Shown here: positions 61,801-64,000 of the stretch, piece by piece
How the letters are laid out: each line of letters starts with the position of its first letter
How positions within the stretch are numbered: position 1 is the first letter of the stretch
Origin: the human T2T-CHM13v2.0 reference genome, Homo sapiens
Length of the DNA: 64,000 nt
Assembly: GCF_009914755.1 (NCBI RefSeq)
Contig: NC_060937.1
Strand: one strand, 5' to 3'
Made by a program: the position numbers and the translations under genes
The notes under the pieces: generated by a model
Databases searched by the model: none
Told to the model about the DNA's origin: nothing
The model's input: only the letters and a program-made list of their open reading frames with translations

Positions 61801-62289
61801 TGTAGTAATTTCTCAGTGCTGCTGTAACAAAGTGCTACACATTGGGTGGCTTAAAGCAACAAATTTATTGTCTCACAGCTCTAGTGGTCAGAAGTCCTAA
61901 ACCAAGGTGTCGGCAGGGCCATGTGCCTCTGAAACGTGTATGAAAGCATCCTGCCTTGCCTCTTGTAGCTGCTGGTGTTGGCCGGCAATCTTGGATGCTC
62001 CTTGGTGTTCAGCTGCAGCACCTCAGTAAGCCTCCACCATCCATGGTAGTCTTCCCTCTGCATGTCTGTGTCTCCACATGGCACCCCTCTTTCCTGCATG
62101 TGTCTCTCTTCTTATGAGGATACTTCTCATAGTGGATTAAGGGCCTGCCCTAATTCAGTATAACCTTGCTTTAACTAATTACATCTGCAAAACCACCTTA
62201 TTTCCAAGTAAGGTTACATTCTGAGATACTAGGGGTTAGGAATTCAATGTATCTTTTTTGGGTGGGGGGACACAGTTCACCTCATAGCA
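61801..62289 (-). mobile_element. MLT1 (MLT1C-like) MaLR LTR
   Basis: gctgctgtaacaaagtgctacacattgggtggcttaaagcaacaaatttattgtctcacag...gggacacagttcacctcatagca. Confidence 0.85.
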
Positions 62290-62333
62290 ATCCCCATATT
62301 CCAAATTTATCCAATAATCTATGTTGAAAATAA

Positions 62334-62866
<533 letters not shown>

Positions 62867-62919
62867 CCTCTTTTTTTAATACTATCAGCAGTCTTTTTTA
62901 TATGCTTCTATATGATTCC

Positions 62920-63500
62920 CTATGCAATCCATTCAATTTCTAAGGTGCATTTCTAATCTTATTGTTCCCTTTCCCCAAAACCTCCAATGGCTTCTCTGAA
63001 TGAAATTTCTAAAGCTTACTTCTTTGGCAGTCAAGGTCATCCATGATTTGACTCTCTCCTTTTTATCCAGTCTTAGTTCTCACAATTCTCATACACAAAT
63101 TCTGTGCTCTAATCTAGCCTGACTGCTTGTGATTTTCCAAAATTGCTGTACACTTTTCTATATCCTTAGTTTAATGCACGCTGTTCGCATTCATTGAAAT
63201 GCCTTCCCCATTTCCCCTCCCTACCTGTTAAACTAGTTACCACTCTTCAGTAGCACCTGAAATACCATCTCCTCCCAGAGCTTTTACCAGTTCCTTCATT
63301 TGGATGCTCTGTCACCTTTATTTGAACTCCCAGGTGCACACGTAAGCATATGGACACACACACCTACATCTCCAACCCCTAAACTGTAAAGCCCTTGAAG
63401 ACAGCGTGTGTGTCTTGTCTATCTTAACATTTCCCACAGTGGCCTAGGATGCTGCCTTGAATCTGTGAGCCCTCATTACAGGCGTTGAGTTGTTACTGAT
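62920..63500 (+). mobile_element. L2 3' region
   Basis: aaaacctccaatggcttc...taaactgtaaagcccttgaagacag...cccacagtggcctaggatgctgcc. Confidence 0.6.
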
Positions 63501-64000
63501 TAGAGCACACAAGAGAGTGATGTAGAGTTCAGAAGCACGAGCTCAATCAATAGGAATCAGAGTGCAGATAACCAAATGCGAGAAATAACTTATTAAATCT
63601 GTGCAATGCGGGGGTATTTCCGGGGGAAGAATTCTGCAGCTGCTGTAGGGAATGATACCTTGGCTTTCCTCTCAGGGTGTCTCTTCCCCCTCTGAGCCAG
63701 GGTTCTTTTATTTATCCTGCCCCATTTCATCCCCGCTATGTGAAAGGTTAGGTTGTAGCTCCTCTGAAAATGGTTAGAAGATGTGGCCGTTGGATCAATT
63801 TCCAGGACACATAGTTTATCTGAATCAATCTCATGTTCTATATGCAAATATCACAAAAGTGAGCAAAGTATTTAACTTGAGAATTTTATATTATCTACCT
63901 AAATGTGATTTCTTCTATTAAAACTACCAGTATGAAAAATTATGTTTCAAATTATAGTAAATTACATAGGCTAAACTTTAAAAATGTAATCAGTGATGTC

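Overview
Human genomic DNA (an AluYb8 is present) covering the 5' end of HS6ST3 (heparan sulfate 6-O-sulfotransferase 3). It contains a CpG island, a GC-rich leader with upstream ATGs, coding exon 1 (1105-1811, + strand) and about 62 kb of the very long first intron. The intron is mostly retroelements (Alu, L1, L2, MIR, MER11/MaLR/ERV solo LTRs), DNA transposon fossils (Tigger2, MER6, MER1B) and simple repeats. I found no second protein-coding gene and nothing I can honestly call a new biological system. The most interesting signals are: (i) a strong-Kozak uORF ending 10 nt before the HS6ST3 ATG, in which the 5'UTR CCG repeat encodes six prolines; (ii) three retro-insertions that appear to carry non-repeat passenger DNA (an L1 3' transduction, an Alu with 98 bp of extra 5' sequence inside its TSDs, and an orphan poly(A) insert); (iii) a 142-bp AT-rich quasi-palindrome; (iv) a microsatellite that arose inside the TSD of a human-specific Alu; (v) a candidate recursive splice site. 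Repeat subfamily names come from recalled consensus sequences, not from a RepeatMasker run.
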